From Alphaproteobacteria bacterium (GTDB lineage: Bacteria; Pseudomonadota; Alphaproteobacteria; SP197): a DNA stretch of 64,000 nt. Positions 20,249 through 30,800 of this stretch are shown in pieces (positions within the stretch are counted from its first letter, which is position 1; every line of letters starts with the position of its first letter). The translations under genes and the position numbers were made by a program. The stretch lies in assembly GCA_965213815.1 (NCBI GenBank), contig OZ243917.1, positions 1,882,832 to 1,946,831 on the forward strand. Reading direction: 5' to 3'. The notes beneath the pieces were generated by a model. It was not told where the DNA came from and did no database searches. It worked only from the letters and a program-made list of their open reading frames with translations.

Positions 20249-22330
20249 CTACGCCGTGACCGGTTCAATGACATGGCGTTCGCGGCGAAACGGCACGTCG
20301 CCCGGATCGATGTCTGTCCCGAGGTCGCGGGCATAGCGATGCCCTTCGTAGACAGCGGTCGCGATGATGCCCGGCGCCTGGCAGTCACCCACCCTCTTCA
20401 GGGTGCGGATACCGGTATCGGGCGTGGCATCACGTGCGTGCGCCACATCGTGGTAGAGGCTGTCTTCCGGCAGGCGCGCTGTCACCATGACGACGCCGTC
20501 GGCCGGCAGCGTCAGTTCGCGACGCCGCAAGCTGTCATGAAGCCGCACCTCGCCGGTCTCCACCGCGAGAAGCGTCGTGTTGGCATGGAGGTCCACGCCA
20601 GCCTCATGAAGACGTTCCTGGTTGGCCGCGTGTTCCAGCGTGTGGGTGAGCCAGGTGGCGACGGTCGCCATCGGCGTCACCAGGCTCACGTTGTAGCCTT
20701 CCGTGCTCAGCAGTTCTCCCAGCACGCTGGCCATGTAGTAGTGGTCGTCATCGAAGAGCAGCACCCTTTCTCCTGGAGGCCGGCGTCCCGCCAGGATGTC
20801 GTCGGGCGTGAGGACATGAGCCGCATCGCTCCCGGGCACGGGTGAGGAGAGGTGGCGGCCACAGCCATCGCGCCGCCATGAGGCGCCGGTGGCGATCGCC
20901 ACGTGATCGGCGCCCAGTTCGAGAATCTGGTCTGCGTCGAGGCGGCTCGAGCGATAGATGTCGACATGGGACATGCGCTGAATCTGGCTCATTCGATAGT
21001 CGCGCACACGGGCCCAGGCTGCGAGCCCGGGAAGCCGGCTCTCGCGGGTGACGCGTCCGCCGAGTTCTTCGCCCGCTTCGGCCAGTGTGACCCGGAATCC
21101 CCGCAGACCGGCCGCACGCGCGGCCTCGAGTCCGGCGGGTCCGGCGCCGACGACGAGCAGGTGGGCGTCCGTTTCAGCCGGGGGCAGGGTTTCGGGATGC
21201 CAGGACTTGCGCCATTCCTCGCCGAAGGTCGGATTCTGGGTACACCGAGCCGGCGCCGTCATCTGGGTCCAGCCGATGCAGACGTTGCAGCCGATGCACT
21301 CGCGAATGTCGTCAAGCCGGCCTTCCTCGACCTTCCTCGGCAGAAACGGATCGGCAATCGACGGCCGTGCGGCGCCGATCAGATCGACGATACCGCGTCG
21401 GATTGCCGAGACCATGGCGTCGGGGGACGTGTAGCGTCCGACGGTGGAGACCGGCTTGGTGGTCACCTGTTTCACGAAGGCGACATAATCCTCCTGATAA
21501 CCTTCCGGCGCGAACCGCGACGTCTTCGAATCATTCGTCCAGTCGCTGACGTTGACGTCCCACAGGTCGGGAAGCTCGGCCATCATCTCGACCGCCTCGC
21601 GTCCCTCGGCGTGCCATTCAAGACCGTCCGGTCCCATCATCTCGTCAACGGCAAAGCGCACCACCACTGCGGTGGTATCGCCGACCGCCTCGCGTGTTTC
21701 CTCGAGCAGTTCACGGAACAGACGCAGTCTGTTCTCGAGGCTGCCGCCGTACTCGTCGGTGCGCTGGTTGTGACGCCGTGCCAGAAAGTGACTCGGCACG
21801 GTGCCGTCGTGCCCGGCATAGACGATGACAATGTCGAAGCCGATGTCGCGCGCCCGTATGGCTGCCTGCCTGTGGGCGCGGCGATACTCGCGGATGTCCG
21901 TAAGGTCCATGGCCCGCGCCTGGATCGGTGCAAGGCTCCAGTTCGCCGGCCGGTGCATCGGGCCGATCGGGATTTCCCGGCTGTAGAGATTCGGTGTGTC
22001 GTGGCCATTGTGGACGAGTTCGATCCCGGCAAGACTTCCGTACCGGTGCACCTCCTCGACCATGCGGCCCAGATAGACTTCATCGCCGGTATCCCACATG
22101 TTCGTTTCGGCGTAGGGCGAGGCGTCACCGTTGGCCAGAAAGTCGCACTGTTCCGTGCAGACGATTCCCCAACCGCCTTCGGCCTTCGCGCCCCGCATGC
22201 CGATCATGGCGTTGGGATAGACCCGGCCCATGCCGTTGCAGTGCGGTACCTGGTAGAATCTGTTGGGTGCGGTGACCGGGCCGATCGCGAGGGGTTCGAA
22301 CAGGATGTCGTAACGGGGATCACGGGTCAC
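20249..22330 (-). CDS. NADH:flavin (OYE-like) oxidoreductase fused to an FAD/NAD-binding domain (DgcA / trimethylamine-dehydrogenase family)
   Basis: 693 aa. Old-yellow-enzyme TIM barrel N-terminus, a CIGCNVCIGW 4Fe-4S motif and a C-terminal …LLVVGAGPAGLEAARAA… dinucleotide-binding domain. Confidence 0.8.
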   Translation of the reverse strand: MTRDPRYDILFEPLAIGPVTAPNRFYQVPHCNGMGRVYPNAMIGMRGAKAEGGWGIVCTEQCDFLANGDASPYAETNMWDTGDEVYLGRMVEEVHRYGSLAGIELVHNGHDTPNLYSREIPIGPMHRPANWSLAPIQARAMDLTDIREYRRAHRQAAIRARDIGFDIVIVYAGHDGTVPSHFLARRHNQRTDEYGGSLENRLRLFRELLEETREAVGDTTAVVVRFAVDEMMGPDGLEWHAEGREAVEMMAELPDLWDVNVSDWTNDSKTSRFAPEGYQEDYVAFVKQVTTKPVSTVGRYTSPDAMVSAIRRGIVDLIGAARPSIADPFLPRKVEEGRLDDIRECIGCNVCIGWTQMTAPARCTQNPTFGEEWRKSWHPETLPPAETDAHLLVVGAGPAGLEAARAAGLRGFRVTLAEAGEELGGRVTRESRLPGLAAWARVRDYRMSQIQRMSHVDIYRSSRLDADQILELGADHVAIATGASWRRDGCGRHLSSPVPGSDAAHVLTPDDILAGRRPPGERVLLFDDDHYYMASVLGELLSTEGYNVSLVTPMATVATWLTHTLEHAANQERLHEAGVDLHANTTLLAVETGEVRLHDSLRRRELTLPADGVVMVTARLPEDSLYHDVAHARDATPDTGIRTLKRVGDCQAPGIIATAVYEGHRYARDLGTDIDPGDVPFRRERHVIEPVTA

Positions 22331-22376
22331 AGGTCATCCTCCCGTCCTGTCTTGAAAGGGGCGTGTCGGCATCGTC

Positions 22377-23174
22377 TCAGGCGTCCTTGTGCGGCCTTTG
22401 TCCGCGCAGGTGGTGAGGGCAGTGCTCACCGGTTGCCAGGACCGCCACCATGGCCTTCCAGGTCTCAACCTGGTGGCCGACGAACTCACCGCCATATCTT
22501 TGTTCAAGGTCGCCGCGTTCCGCGCCCGTCAGAAAGTCGAGTTCACTGCGGCTCACGGCCCTGTACCACGCATTGCGGTTGGTCAGATTCACGTTCACGA
22601 ATCCTGCGCCCAAGAGGGCTGCCTCGTAGCGGTCCGGAGAGGCCATGGAAAAGTCGAGCCCCTCCAGTTCGATGTAACGCGCCATCCCGGGGCTCGGCGT
22701 GTCATCATGGGAGATCAGCCAGTCCGAGGCAGCGAACCAGCCGCCGGGTTCCAGGACGCGGAACACCTCGCGGGCGAGGAAGTCCTTGTCCGCGACATGG
22801 ATGATGGCGTCCTTGGAAAAGACGACATCAAAGCTCCGGTCTGCAAACTCGAGCGGGCCTGGCGCCACCTGCTGAATAGTCACCCGGTCGGCGGCGCCCG
22901 CATCACGCGCACGCTCACGCGCCGCAGTGCAGGCCGGCGCCTCGACGTCGATTCCGGTGACATGGCCCGCGCCGTGATCGAGCGCCAGCGAGAGCGTTAT
23001 GCCACCCGATCCGCACCCGATGTCGAGAATGCGGGCGCCGCCAAGGTCGAGACCCTCGAGGATGCGGGCAACCTCGTCGGGCCCTCCGGGTGAGAGATAA
23101 CCGCTTCCCCACACCTCCTCGAGAAAGGTGATGTAACTGTCGTCGTAGAGTTCCTCGTCCACGCTCTCCTCCAT
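22377..23174 (-). CDS. class I SAM-dependent methyltransferase, phosphoethanolamine-N-methyltransferase-like
   Basis: …[10 protein letters not shown]…[12 protein letters not shown]…[13 protein letters not shown]… is collinear with the PMT methyltransferase domain. Paralog of the gene at 62834..63628. Confidence 0.75.
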   Translation of the reverse strand: MEESVDEELYDDSYITFLEEVWGSGYLSPGGPDEVARILEGLDLGGARILDIGCGSGGITLSLALDHGAGHVTGIDVEAPACTAARERARDAGAADRVTIQQVAPGPLEFADRSFDVVFSKDAIIHVADKDFLAREVFRVLEPGGWFAASDWLISHDDTPSPGMARYIELEGLDFSMASPDRYEAALLGAGFVNVNLTNRNAWYRAVSRSELDFLTGAERGDLEQRYGGEFVGHQVETWKAMVAVLATGEHCPHHLRGQRPHKDA

Positions 23175-23360
23175 CAACGTCCCGCACCCGTGCCCGGGTT
23201 CCGGGGATGGCGGCGTCAACCTCCGCCCCGGCTCCGGTCGACAGACCGGACCATCATCAGCCCCGCGCCCCCACCAGGCAAGGATCCGCAGGGCCTCTGC
23301 GGATTGTCGCCTCGATCCGCATCCGTGATAATCGACGGCAGGGATGGGCTCGGAGAAGAA

Positions 23361-24539
23361 ATGCAAAGGCACCGCGACACAACGGCCGCCACTCTCGAGA
23401 TCATGTCCGCCATGGCGGCAGATGGCAACGCCGGATGGGTGACGCTACCGGCGGATGCGTACTGCAATCCGGACATCCATGCCCTCGAGATCGAGAAGAT
23501 TTTCCGTGCGGAATGGATCGCTGTCGGCCGGACCGACGAGGTCGGCGAACCGGGCAGCTACCTCGCCCGCGAGATCATCGGGACGCCGGTCGTCATGGTG
23601 CGCGATCATGACGGGCATCTCAGGGTCTTCGCGAACATCTGTCGTCACCGCTGGATGAGGGTTCTTGAGGGCAGGGGGCGCAAGGCCGTCATCACTTGCC
23701 CCTACCATGCCTGGGTCTACGGTCTCGACGGGTGTCTGCGCCGGGCGCCGGGCATGGAGTGCCATCCGGAGTTCGATACCGCGGCCACCCGTCTGGAAGA
23801 ACTCTCCTTCGAGGTCTGGCACGGATTCGTGTACGTCAATCTCGATGGTCGCGCCGACCCTCTGGCACCGCGCCTGAAGGGCCTTGAGGAGACGCTCCAC
23901 GCTTACGATCTCGACAACTGGATCACCGCGCGCACCCTGGAGCTTGGGGAGGTTCCGTGGGGCTGGAAGGTGATGCAGGACAACGGCGAGTGCTACCACC
24001 ACGAAGGGCTGCACCCCGAGACCTTCCAGGCCGTCTTTCCCGGCGAGAGAACCGGCACGACCTGCGGCGACGACTGGATAATGCAGTGGAGTCCGGCCCG
24101 GGAAGAGAGTCTGGAAACTTTCGCCGACGGGACCAGGGTCATGCCCGGGTGCTTCTTTGAACCACTCGATGGTCTCGACGCATTCCACCGCGTCCATTTC
24201 CTCCTGATCTACGTGCTGCCGAACTTCTTCATCTATCTGCAGCCCGACTGCGGGCTCCTGATCCGCTTCCTTCCCGTCGATATCGGACGTTCCCACATGG
24301 AGGTCGATCTTCTGGTGCCGGAAAGCGCCCGCCGCCTGGCGGACTTCGACGCACGGCTCGATCGCTTCGAAACATTCTTCCGGCGCTTCAACGACGAGGA
24401 TGTTCCCGTCAACACGGCGATCCAGAAGGCCCTCGAAAGTGGCCGGGCCACCCGTGCGCCGCTGTCGCGTCACGAACAGCACAACCGCCACGTCGCCTGG
24501 TGGGTGTCCAGCCGCCTCACAAGCCCTTCCGCGCCCTGA
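23361..24539 (+). CDS. Rieske [2Fe-2S] non-haem iron oxygenase alpha subunit (GbcA / carnitine-oxygenase-like)
   Basis: Rieske motif CRHRW…CPYHAW and a mononuclear-iron catalytic domain (…[10 protein letters not shown]…). GGAGAAGAA Shine-Dalgarno before the ATG. No reductase partner is adjacent. Confidence 0.8.
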   Translation: MQRHRDTTAATLEIMSAMAADGNAGWVTLPADAYCNPDIHALEIEKIFRAEWIAVGRTDEVGEPGSYLAREIIGTPVVMVRDHDGHLRVFANICRHRWMRVLEGRGRKAVITCPYHAWVYGLDGCLRRAPGMECHPEFDTAATRLEELSFEVWHGFVYVNLDGRADPLAPRLKGLEETLHAYDLDNWITARTLELGEVPWGWKVMQDNGECYHHEGLHPETFQAVFPGERTGTTCGDDWIMQWSPAREESLETFADGTRVMPGCFFEPLDGLDAFHRVHFLLIYVLPNFFIYLQPDCGLLIRFLPVDIGRSHMEVDLLVPESARRLADFDARLDRFETFFRRFNDEDVPVNTAIQKALESGRATRAPLSRHEQHNRHVAWWVSSRLTSPSAP

Positions 24540-24750
24540 TATCGCTTCATTCAGTTCGTGTCGACGCCACGTCAGTGTTGCTGGAGAAGGCAAGGGAAGG
24601 AAACGGCGACCAGTGGTTCAACGAGGGAGCAGAGATCAACAGAACAGGTCCGTTGCCACCTTTCACGACCCCTTCAGCCTTGCCCCTGTCGATGCGTTGC
24701 CGACACTCCCTGATCGTGCGCTGTGCAGCCGTAGGGCCGGGGCGCAGGAA

Positions 24751-25744
24751 TCAATCGACGGGTTCGGCAAGCAGATTGATGATGAGACGGATCATGAGAT
24801 CCTTGCCGTGGGGCGCGCTTTGGGCGATCAGGAGGGTCAGTGCGGTCAGGGCCTGTGGGTTGAGACGATGCACGACCCCTTCCTGCTTGAGGTAGAGCAG
24901 GAATAGCAGTGCACCGATACGCTTGTTGCCGTCGGTGAAGGGATGGTCCTTGACGATGAAGTAGAGCAGGTGCGCCGCCCGTTCCTCGCGGGTAGCCGAA
25001 CATGGTCTGCTCGATGTTGCCGAGAATGCCCTGCAGCATGTCACCCCGCGGATTGCCGAAGAGCGGAGATGCCTCGCCTCTCGCCTCGAGATCACGTTTG
25101 AATGAGGCGATCGCGCCAGTCGAACCGGCATGGTCGAGCGCGCTTTCGAATGGTCTGGTTCCGGCCGGCGTGGTCAGCCGGTCTTCGTCGTACTCAAGCA
25201 GAAGACGCCATGTGTCGACGTAGCCTGCGATGAGTTCGAGAACGGACTCTCCGGTATCGTCCACCAGCGTCCGGTTCCGCAATGTCCGGGTGAGCAGGTC
25301 GAGAGTCTGCCGGGCTTCGTGCAAGCCGCGCTCGGCAAGACGGCGTTCGTTCGCGGTGAAGCCGCGTTCCAGATGGTCCCGCAGCGTGCGGGTAGCCCAC
25401 TGACGGAAGCCCACGCCCCGCCTGGAATTGACCCGGTAGCCGATGGAAATGATGACGTCCAGGTTGTAGTGCTTCAGATTGCGCCGTACCCGGCGCCTGC
25501 CTTCGGTCTGAACTACCGAGAAATCCTCGGCAGTTGCCCTTTCCTCCAGTTCGCTGAGGGAATAGACGTTCCTGAGATGGCGGCCCACGTTGTCAATGGA
25601 CGTATCGAAGACCCTGGCCATCTGTCGTTGGGTCAACCAGACGGTCTCCTTGTCGATGCGCACGTCCACGCGCGTCTCACCGTCCGGCGTCTCGTAAACG
25701 ATCACCTCGCCAGTGGGGCAAGGCGGGAGTGTCTTCTCGCTCAT
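24751..25744 (-). pseudogene. RhuM/Fic-family protein, disrupted by a frameshift near 24985-24995
   Basis: The N-terminal RhuM-like region (MSEKTLPPCP…GNIEQTMFGYP) is in one frame. The Fic catalytic region (…EERAAHLLYFIVKDHPFTDGNKRIGALLF, motif HPFx[DE]GNKR) continues in a frame shifted by one nucleotide. AAGGA Shine-Dalgarno before the ATG at 25744. Region has lower GC. Confidence 0.6.
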
Positions 25745-26036
25745 CTCACCATCCTTCGAGCCATGGGCGGAAAGACCGATCCCAACCGACCGGACGGTCG
25801 AGTGCGGCGTTCCTGATCCGATCATTGTCTTGCTCTGGCGCAAGCTCCAATTGGGTTGACATAAACAAGGGGTAAGTAGGCAGCAAACCTGCGGCGCCGC
25901 CAACATGCAGTCTCGACTGCTTTCTCCACGCAACACTCAGCGCCCCACGTGTGCCGTCGTGAACGGTCACCGGATCAGCGAGTCCGGGGATCCGGAGTGC
26001 CCGGCATCGTTGTCTGATCCGGGAAGGCGGCGGGTG

Positions 26037-27740
26037 TCAGGGATGGATGGTCACGGCGACGTGAGAGGCGTGGTTGGTGTCGTGGAAGACCGTCTGTGTG
26101 GCGATGATGGGGGTCGCACCCTGGCCGAAGGGTTCGCCGGTGTTGAGATTGCGGTCATAGCGGTTGAAGTTGCTGGACGAGACCTCGACGGCGAGACGGT
26201 GCCCGGGGGCGAGTGCATAGCTGGTTGACCACAGGTCGATGTCGAGCTCCTGGATCTCTCCCGGCTCCATCAGCTCCTCCCTTTCGATCCCGTTGCGGAA
26301 ACGGCAGCGCAGGATGCCGTCCTGAATGAGGTTGGCGCTGCCATCCTCCGCCACATCGGCGAGCGCCACGGTGACATCCGTATCCACCGCACTGCTGGAG
26401 AAGAAGAGGTGGGCCGAGATGGGGCCGGTCAGTTCCAGCCCGTCGGCAAACGGTTCCGACATGTAGATCAGAACATCCGGTCGTTCCTGGACCTTGCGCC
26501 GGTCACCCATCTCGCCTGCCAGGGACCAGCAGTCGTAAGCCAGTGTCTCGGCCACCGGATCGGCAGGGTCATAGCGATAGCTCTTCGCCGGTTCGTCACC
26601 GGGGGGATCGGGAGCAAGGAAGAGGGCGCCGGCAGACCTCAGGTAGAATCGCTGTTCCCGGCACTCCGGCGGTGGCCAGGCCCCGGCATCACGCCAGATG
26701 TCGCGCCCCATCACAAAGTAGCGAATGGCGCCGTTCTCACCGAACCCGTTCTCCGCGCCCTTCAGGTAGCGGTCGAAGAAGGTGGCGAAGGTGTCCCACT
26801 TCGCTTCGGCGGTGTTCGAGTTGACGGGCAGCAAGCCGACCCGGTGGCAGCGGTCGGCCGTGCCCTCGTGATCCCAGGGGCCGATGAAGAGATGCTGGTT
26901 GCGTGCCTCCATGGTGCGCCAGTCGGCGATGGTGGGGCCGAGGTAGTTGTCGTACCAGCCACCCCAGTGCAGCACCGGAATGCGAATGGTCTCGTAGCCG
27001 GCCAGCAGGCTGTGCTGCTCCCAGAACCGGGAGGGAAGGGGGTTGGCGATGAGCTCGTCGAAGTAGCGTGACGGGGCGCCCGCGGCATGGGCCATGTCGG
27101 CGAGCGGAAGATGCCAGTAGTCCAGCCGCGAGAGATCCTGGTAGGTCTGGTCCGTCATCGAGATCGCCCAGGTTCCCACCGTGTTCAGCTGCAGGCAGCC
27201 GTAGCGCATGGTGGCGCGATAGCGATCAAGGGAGATGTCGCCGGGCGCGATGCACTGCAGGGCCGGATGGCCGCTCACGGCTCCGGCATAGCTGGTGAAG
27301 CCGAAATAGCTCTCGCCCCACATGCCGACCCGGCGGTCGGACCAGTCCTCGCCCGTGATCCAGGCGATCGTGTCGTAGCCGTCGGGAACCTCGTTGTCGG
27401 CGAGATTGGGTTCGAAGTACCCCCCGGATCCCCATTTTCCCCGGACGTCCTGGACCACCGCGGCGTAGCCCTGCCGCACCCAGTGACGGGCGATGGCGGG
27501 CATGAAGCAGTAGGGCTCCGTCTTGCCGTAGGGCATGCGCGTCAGGATGGCGGGGAAGGGGCCGTCACCGGCGGGCAGATAGACGTCCGTTGCCAGTTCG
27601 ATACCGTCTCGCATGGGCACCATGATGTCGCTGATCACCGGACCTTCGCCGGCCCGTTCGGGCAGGGCGGAGGGGATGGTGTGATAGGCCGGTGTCTCGT
27701 GTTTGTCCTTCCACGCCTGAAGTCCGTCCGACACGTTCAT
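26037..27740 (-). CDS. CocE/NonD-family hydrolase (S15 X-Pro dipeptidyl-peptidase-like)
   Basis: …GMWGESYFGFTSY… nucleophile elbow (GxSYxG) and a C-terminal beta-sandwich domain. Paralog at 44670..46697. Confidence 0.8.
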   Translation of the reverse strand: MNVSDGLQAWKDKHETPAYHTIPSALPERAGEGPVISDIMVPMRDGIELATDVYLPAGDGPFPAILTRMPYGKTEPYCFMPAIARHWVRQGYAAVVQDVRGKWGSGGYFEPNLADNEVPDGYDTIAWITGEDWSDRRVGMWGESYFGFTSYAGAVSGHPALQCIAPGDISLDRYRATMRYGCLQLNTVGTWAISMTDQTYQDLSRLDYWHLPLADMAHAAGAPSRYFDELIANPLPSRFWEQHSLLAGYETIRIPVLHWGGWYDNYLGPTIADWRTMEARNQHLFIGPWDHEGTADRCHRVGLLPVNSNTAEAKWDTFATFFDRYLKGAENGFGENGAIRYFVMGRDIWRDAGAWPPPECREQRFYLRSAGALFLAPDPPGDEPAKSYRYDPADPVAETLAYDCWSLAGEMGDRRKVQERPDVLIYMSEPFADGLELTGPISAHLFFSSSAVDTDVTVALADVAEDGSANLIQDGILRCRFRNGIEREELMEPGEIQELDIDLWSTSYALAPGHRLAVEVSSSNFNRYDRNLNTGEPFGQGATPIIATQTVFHDTNHASHVAVTIHP

Positions 27741-27865
27741 GACACACGCCCTTTCCTGTCCACCACGGCGCCCCATGGTATCACGGTTGAAGCCGGTGCG
27801 CGCTTGACGCCCGGATGGTGGTGCGGCAGGGATAGTGCATCACGACAAGGGGAAGCCGTGCCGCC

Positions 27866-28174
27866 ATGTACAAGGTAGACCCGCGGCGCATGGATCTCGT
27901 GGCGGAGTTCATGCGGCAGCCGGGAGGACCCTACAGCCCGGAACTCACTCTGCTGGTCAACCGCCTTCGCCTGCTGCCCATGGCCGAGCGTGTCATCGTG
28001 GTGAAGGCCGGGGCGGGAGCCGGATGGCGTCTGGCGCGGATGCCGGCGCGCGGTGAGCCGGTTGCCTTCACCGACGCAACCGTGTTCGAAGACCATGATG
28101 ATGCCTGCCGCGAGGTCTTTCGCCGGCGCTGGTGCCATGTGACGGGCATCGATCCGGGACGGGGCGACCCATGA
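27866..28174 (+). CDS. putative N,N-dimethylformamidase small-subunit-like protein
   Basis: 102-aa ORF. Its stop overlaps (ATGA) the start of the large-subunit-like gene. Assignment rests on context only. Confidence 0.4.
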   Translation: MYKVDPRRMDLVAEFMRQPGGPYSPELTLLVNRLRLLPMAERVIVVKAGAGAGWRLARMPARGEPVAFTDATVFEDHDDACREVFRRRWCHVTGIDPGRGDP

Positions 28175-30378
28175 AGACGATCGTGGGCTATGCCAACCGG
28201 TGGAGCGCCATGCCGGGCGACACCATCGAATTCAAGGTCAGCACCTATGGTGCAGACACCTACAGGGCCGATCTCGTGCGCATCATTTGCGGCGACGACG
28301 ATCCCGATCGCGGCCTCTATCACGAGGAGGAAGTCGACGCCCCCTTCAACGGCGCCCATGAGGGCCGCACCCAGGAGATGGCGGCAGGCTCATGTGTCAT
28401 CGTGCCGCAGGCGGCTCCCGTCGAACGCCTCACGAGTTTCACGGCCCAGGCCTGGATCTACCCGACGCTGCCGGGAGGGCACGAACAGGGCATCATCACC
28501 CACTGGGACGGCGCGGAGTCTCGCGGGTTTGCCCTCGTCATCACGGCCGACGGCGTGCTTGCCCTGAGGACCGGTGACGGCGCCTTCCATGAATGTCGTC
28601 TCGAATCCAGGCTCGCGCCCCGGCGCTGGCACCTTGTCGCCGGCACCTTCGATGCGGCGACGGGCACCCTTGGCCTCGGTCTGCATCGTCTGGCGAGCGA
28701 GGTCGAGGCCGGGCAGAACGCGCACGCAAGCAGTGAGGGTGGCTTCCGGCCCGCCTGCGGTGCGCTTGTCATCGCCGCCGGAGAGGCAGGCAGGAGCGGC
28801 CACTTCAACGGCAAGATCGATCGGCCGATCCTCACCGGACGTGCCCTTGATTCGCGGGAAGTCGAAACCCTCGCATGGTCCGGTTCTCCCCATGAACGTG
28901 AGCCGTCTGTCGTTGCCGCCTGGGATTTCTCACACGATATAGGGTGCGCCCGGGTCACGGATGCCGGGTACCACCGCCTTCACGGCTCGACGGTCAATCT
29001 GCCGTCACGCGGGGTCAAGGGATTCAACTGGTCTGGCAGGGAACAGAACTGGCGCCATGCACCCTCGGAGTACGGGGCAATCCACTTTCATGAAGACGAT
29101 CACTATGATGCCGGGTGGGAGACGGACTTCACCTTCACCGTGCCGGACACCCTGGCGAGCGGGGTCTATGCTGCCCGGTTGAGGGCCGGCGACGACGAGT
29201 GGCATGTGACGTTCTTCGTGCGGCCGCCTTCGGGAACCGCGACGGCCAGACTCGCCTTCCTCGCATCGACAGCGACCTACATGGCCTACAGCAACTATCG
29301 CTGGCACATGAGCGAGCCCTTTGCGGAGGTGGCCGAGACCTTCTGGACGACGCTGACGGCGAATGACGTCTTCCTGCAGGAACACGACGAGTTCGGCCTG
29401 TCGACCTACGACACCCATGTCGACGGTTCCGGTGTGCGCTACGCCTCGAGGTTGCGTCCGGTCCTCAACATGGCGCCGCGCACGCCCCTGTGGAGCTTCA
29501 ATCCCGACACCCACATCCTGGCCTGGCTTGAGCATTGCGGGTTCGCCTTCGATGTCGTCACCGACGAGGACCTGCACCGGGAAGGAGCGGGTCTCCTGCA
29601 GCCCTACCGGGCGGTGGTCACGGGAACCCATCCCGAGTACTACACGACACCGATGTGGGACGGCATGCGCGGCTATCTGTCACACGGCGGGCGCCTCGCC
29701 TATCTCGGGGGCAACGGATTTATCTGGCGCTGCGCCTTTTCGGACGCCTGGCCAGGCGCCCTGGAGCTGCGCCGAGCCGAGGACGGCATCCGTTATCGCG
29801 ACGAGGAACCCGGCGAATACTACCTGGAGTTTACCGGCGAGTATGGCGGACTGTGGCGGCGTCTTGGCATGGCGCCGCAGGCGCTCGTCGGTGTCGGGAC
29901 CGTGGCGGTTGGCTTCGATCGCTCGGGATTCTACCGGCGCACCCCGGAAAGCCTCGATCCGCGGGCGGCCTTCATCTTCGAGGGTATCGGCCAGGATGAG
30001 TTGATCGGCACCTTCGGCATCCAGGGCGGAGGCGCCAGCGGTTCGGAGATCGACGCCACCGATCCCCTGCTGGGCACGCCCCGCCATGCCCTTGTGGTGG
30101 CCCGCTCGGAGGGTCATTCCGCCGACACCTGGCTGGTGCCCGACGAGACCGGCTTCCATCACAGCGCCATGAACGGAGTCCAGAACCCCGAAATCCGCGC
30201 CGACATGACGTTCTTCGAGACGCCCGCAGGCGGCGCCGTCTTTTCCACCGGATCCATCGCCTGGGGCGCCAGCCTGCCGCATGCCGACTGGCGGAACAAC
30301 GTGGCGACGCTGACCGGCAACGTGCTGAAGCGCTTCCTTGACCCGGAGCCCTTTGCCATGCCTGCCGGCACGCCGTGA
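28171..30378 (+). CDS. N,N-dimethylformamidase large (beta) subunit-family protein
   Basis: 736 aa with the architecture of the DMFase beta-subunit family: N-terminal lectin/glucanase-like domain and C-terminal amidotransferase-like domain. Recognised by overall sequence character, not a single motif. Confidence 0.65.
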   Translation: MKTIVGYANRWSAMPGDTIEFKVSTYGADTYRADLVRIICGDDDPDRGLYHEEEVDAPFNGAHEGRTQEMAAGSCVIVPQAAPVERLTSFTAQAWIYPTLPGGHEQGIITHWDGAESRGFALVITADGVLALRTGDGAFHECRLESRLAPRRWHLVAGTFDAATGTLGLGLHRLASEVEAGQNAHASSEGGFRPACGALVIAAGEAGRSGHFNGKIDRPILTGRALDSREVETLAWSGSPHEREPSVVAAWDFSHDIGCARVTDAGYHRLHGSTVNLPSRGVKGFNWSGREQNWRHAPSEYGAIHFHEDDHYDAGWETDFTFTVPDTLASGVYAARLRAGDDEWHVTFFVRPPSGTATARLAFLASTATYMAYSNYRWHMSEPFAEVAETFWTTLTANDVFLQEHDEFGLSTYDTHVDGSGVRYASRLRPVLNMAPRTPLWSFNPDTHILAWLEHCGFAFDVVTDEDLHREGAGLLQPYRAVVTGTHPEYYTTPMWDGMRGYLSHGGRLAYLGGNGFIWRCAFSDAWPGALELRRAEDGIRYRDEEPGEYYLEFTGEYGGLWRRLGMAPQALVGVGTVAVGFDRSGFYRRTPESLDPRAAFIFEGIGQDELIGTFGIQGGGASGSEIDATDPLLGTPRHALVVARSEGHSADTWLVPDETGFHHSAMNGVQNPEIRADMTFFETPAGGAVFSTGSIAWGASLPHADWRNNVATLTGNVLKRFLDPEPFAMPAGTP

Positions 30379-30741
30379 TCAGGCGGCGATCATGTAGAAC
30401 TTGCGCAGGGTGCTGGTGATTTCCCAGGTGCAGGCGGCGCCCTTGGGAATGAAGAAGGTGTCGCCCGCGGTATAGGTCTCGGCCTTGCCGGTCTCGTCGG
30501 TGACCGTGACGGACCCGTCGAGGACGGTCATCATCTCGTTGACCGGGTAGGCATCGATCTCTTCACGGCACGGCGCACACAGCCACACTCCGGTAAGGAT
30601 ACTGCCGTCCTCGGCGGTCCAGGCGTGGGAAATGAGTTCGGTCGTGTCCCCGGAGGTGAACGCTTCCCGGGCAATGAGGTCGGACGTCACCATACCTTCG
30701 GCATGGCCATCGTGGTTGAGGCGCACAGGCCTGTCGGTCAT
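30379..30741 (-). CDS. cupin-domain protein (cupin_3/DUF861-like)
   Basis: Small beta-barrel protein. …TGVWLCAPCREEIDAYPVNEMMTVLDG…FFIPKGAACTWEI… is a cupin fold pattern. Start codon uncertain. Confidence 0.5.
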   Translation of the reverse strand: MTDRPVRLNHDGHAEGMVTSDLIAREAFTSGDTTELISHAWTAEDGSILTGVWLCAPCREEIDAYPVNEMMTVLDGSVTVTDETGKAETYTAGDTFFIPKGAACTWEITSTLRKFYMIAA

Positions 30742-30800
30742 GGGATGATCTCCGTTGCGGCTGAAGGCAACAGTCATGATGGGCGGGAGTGGCGGGCGAC

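Noticed and set aside
20903-22804. 633-aa plus-strand ORF opposite the DgcA-like and methyltransferase genes
   Set aside because: Antisense artefact. It is Arg/Pro/Gly-rich and spans two real genes on the opposite strand.
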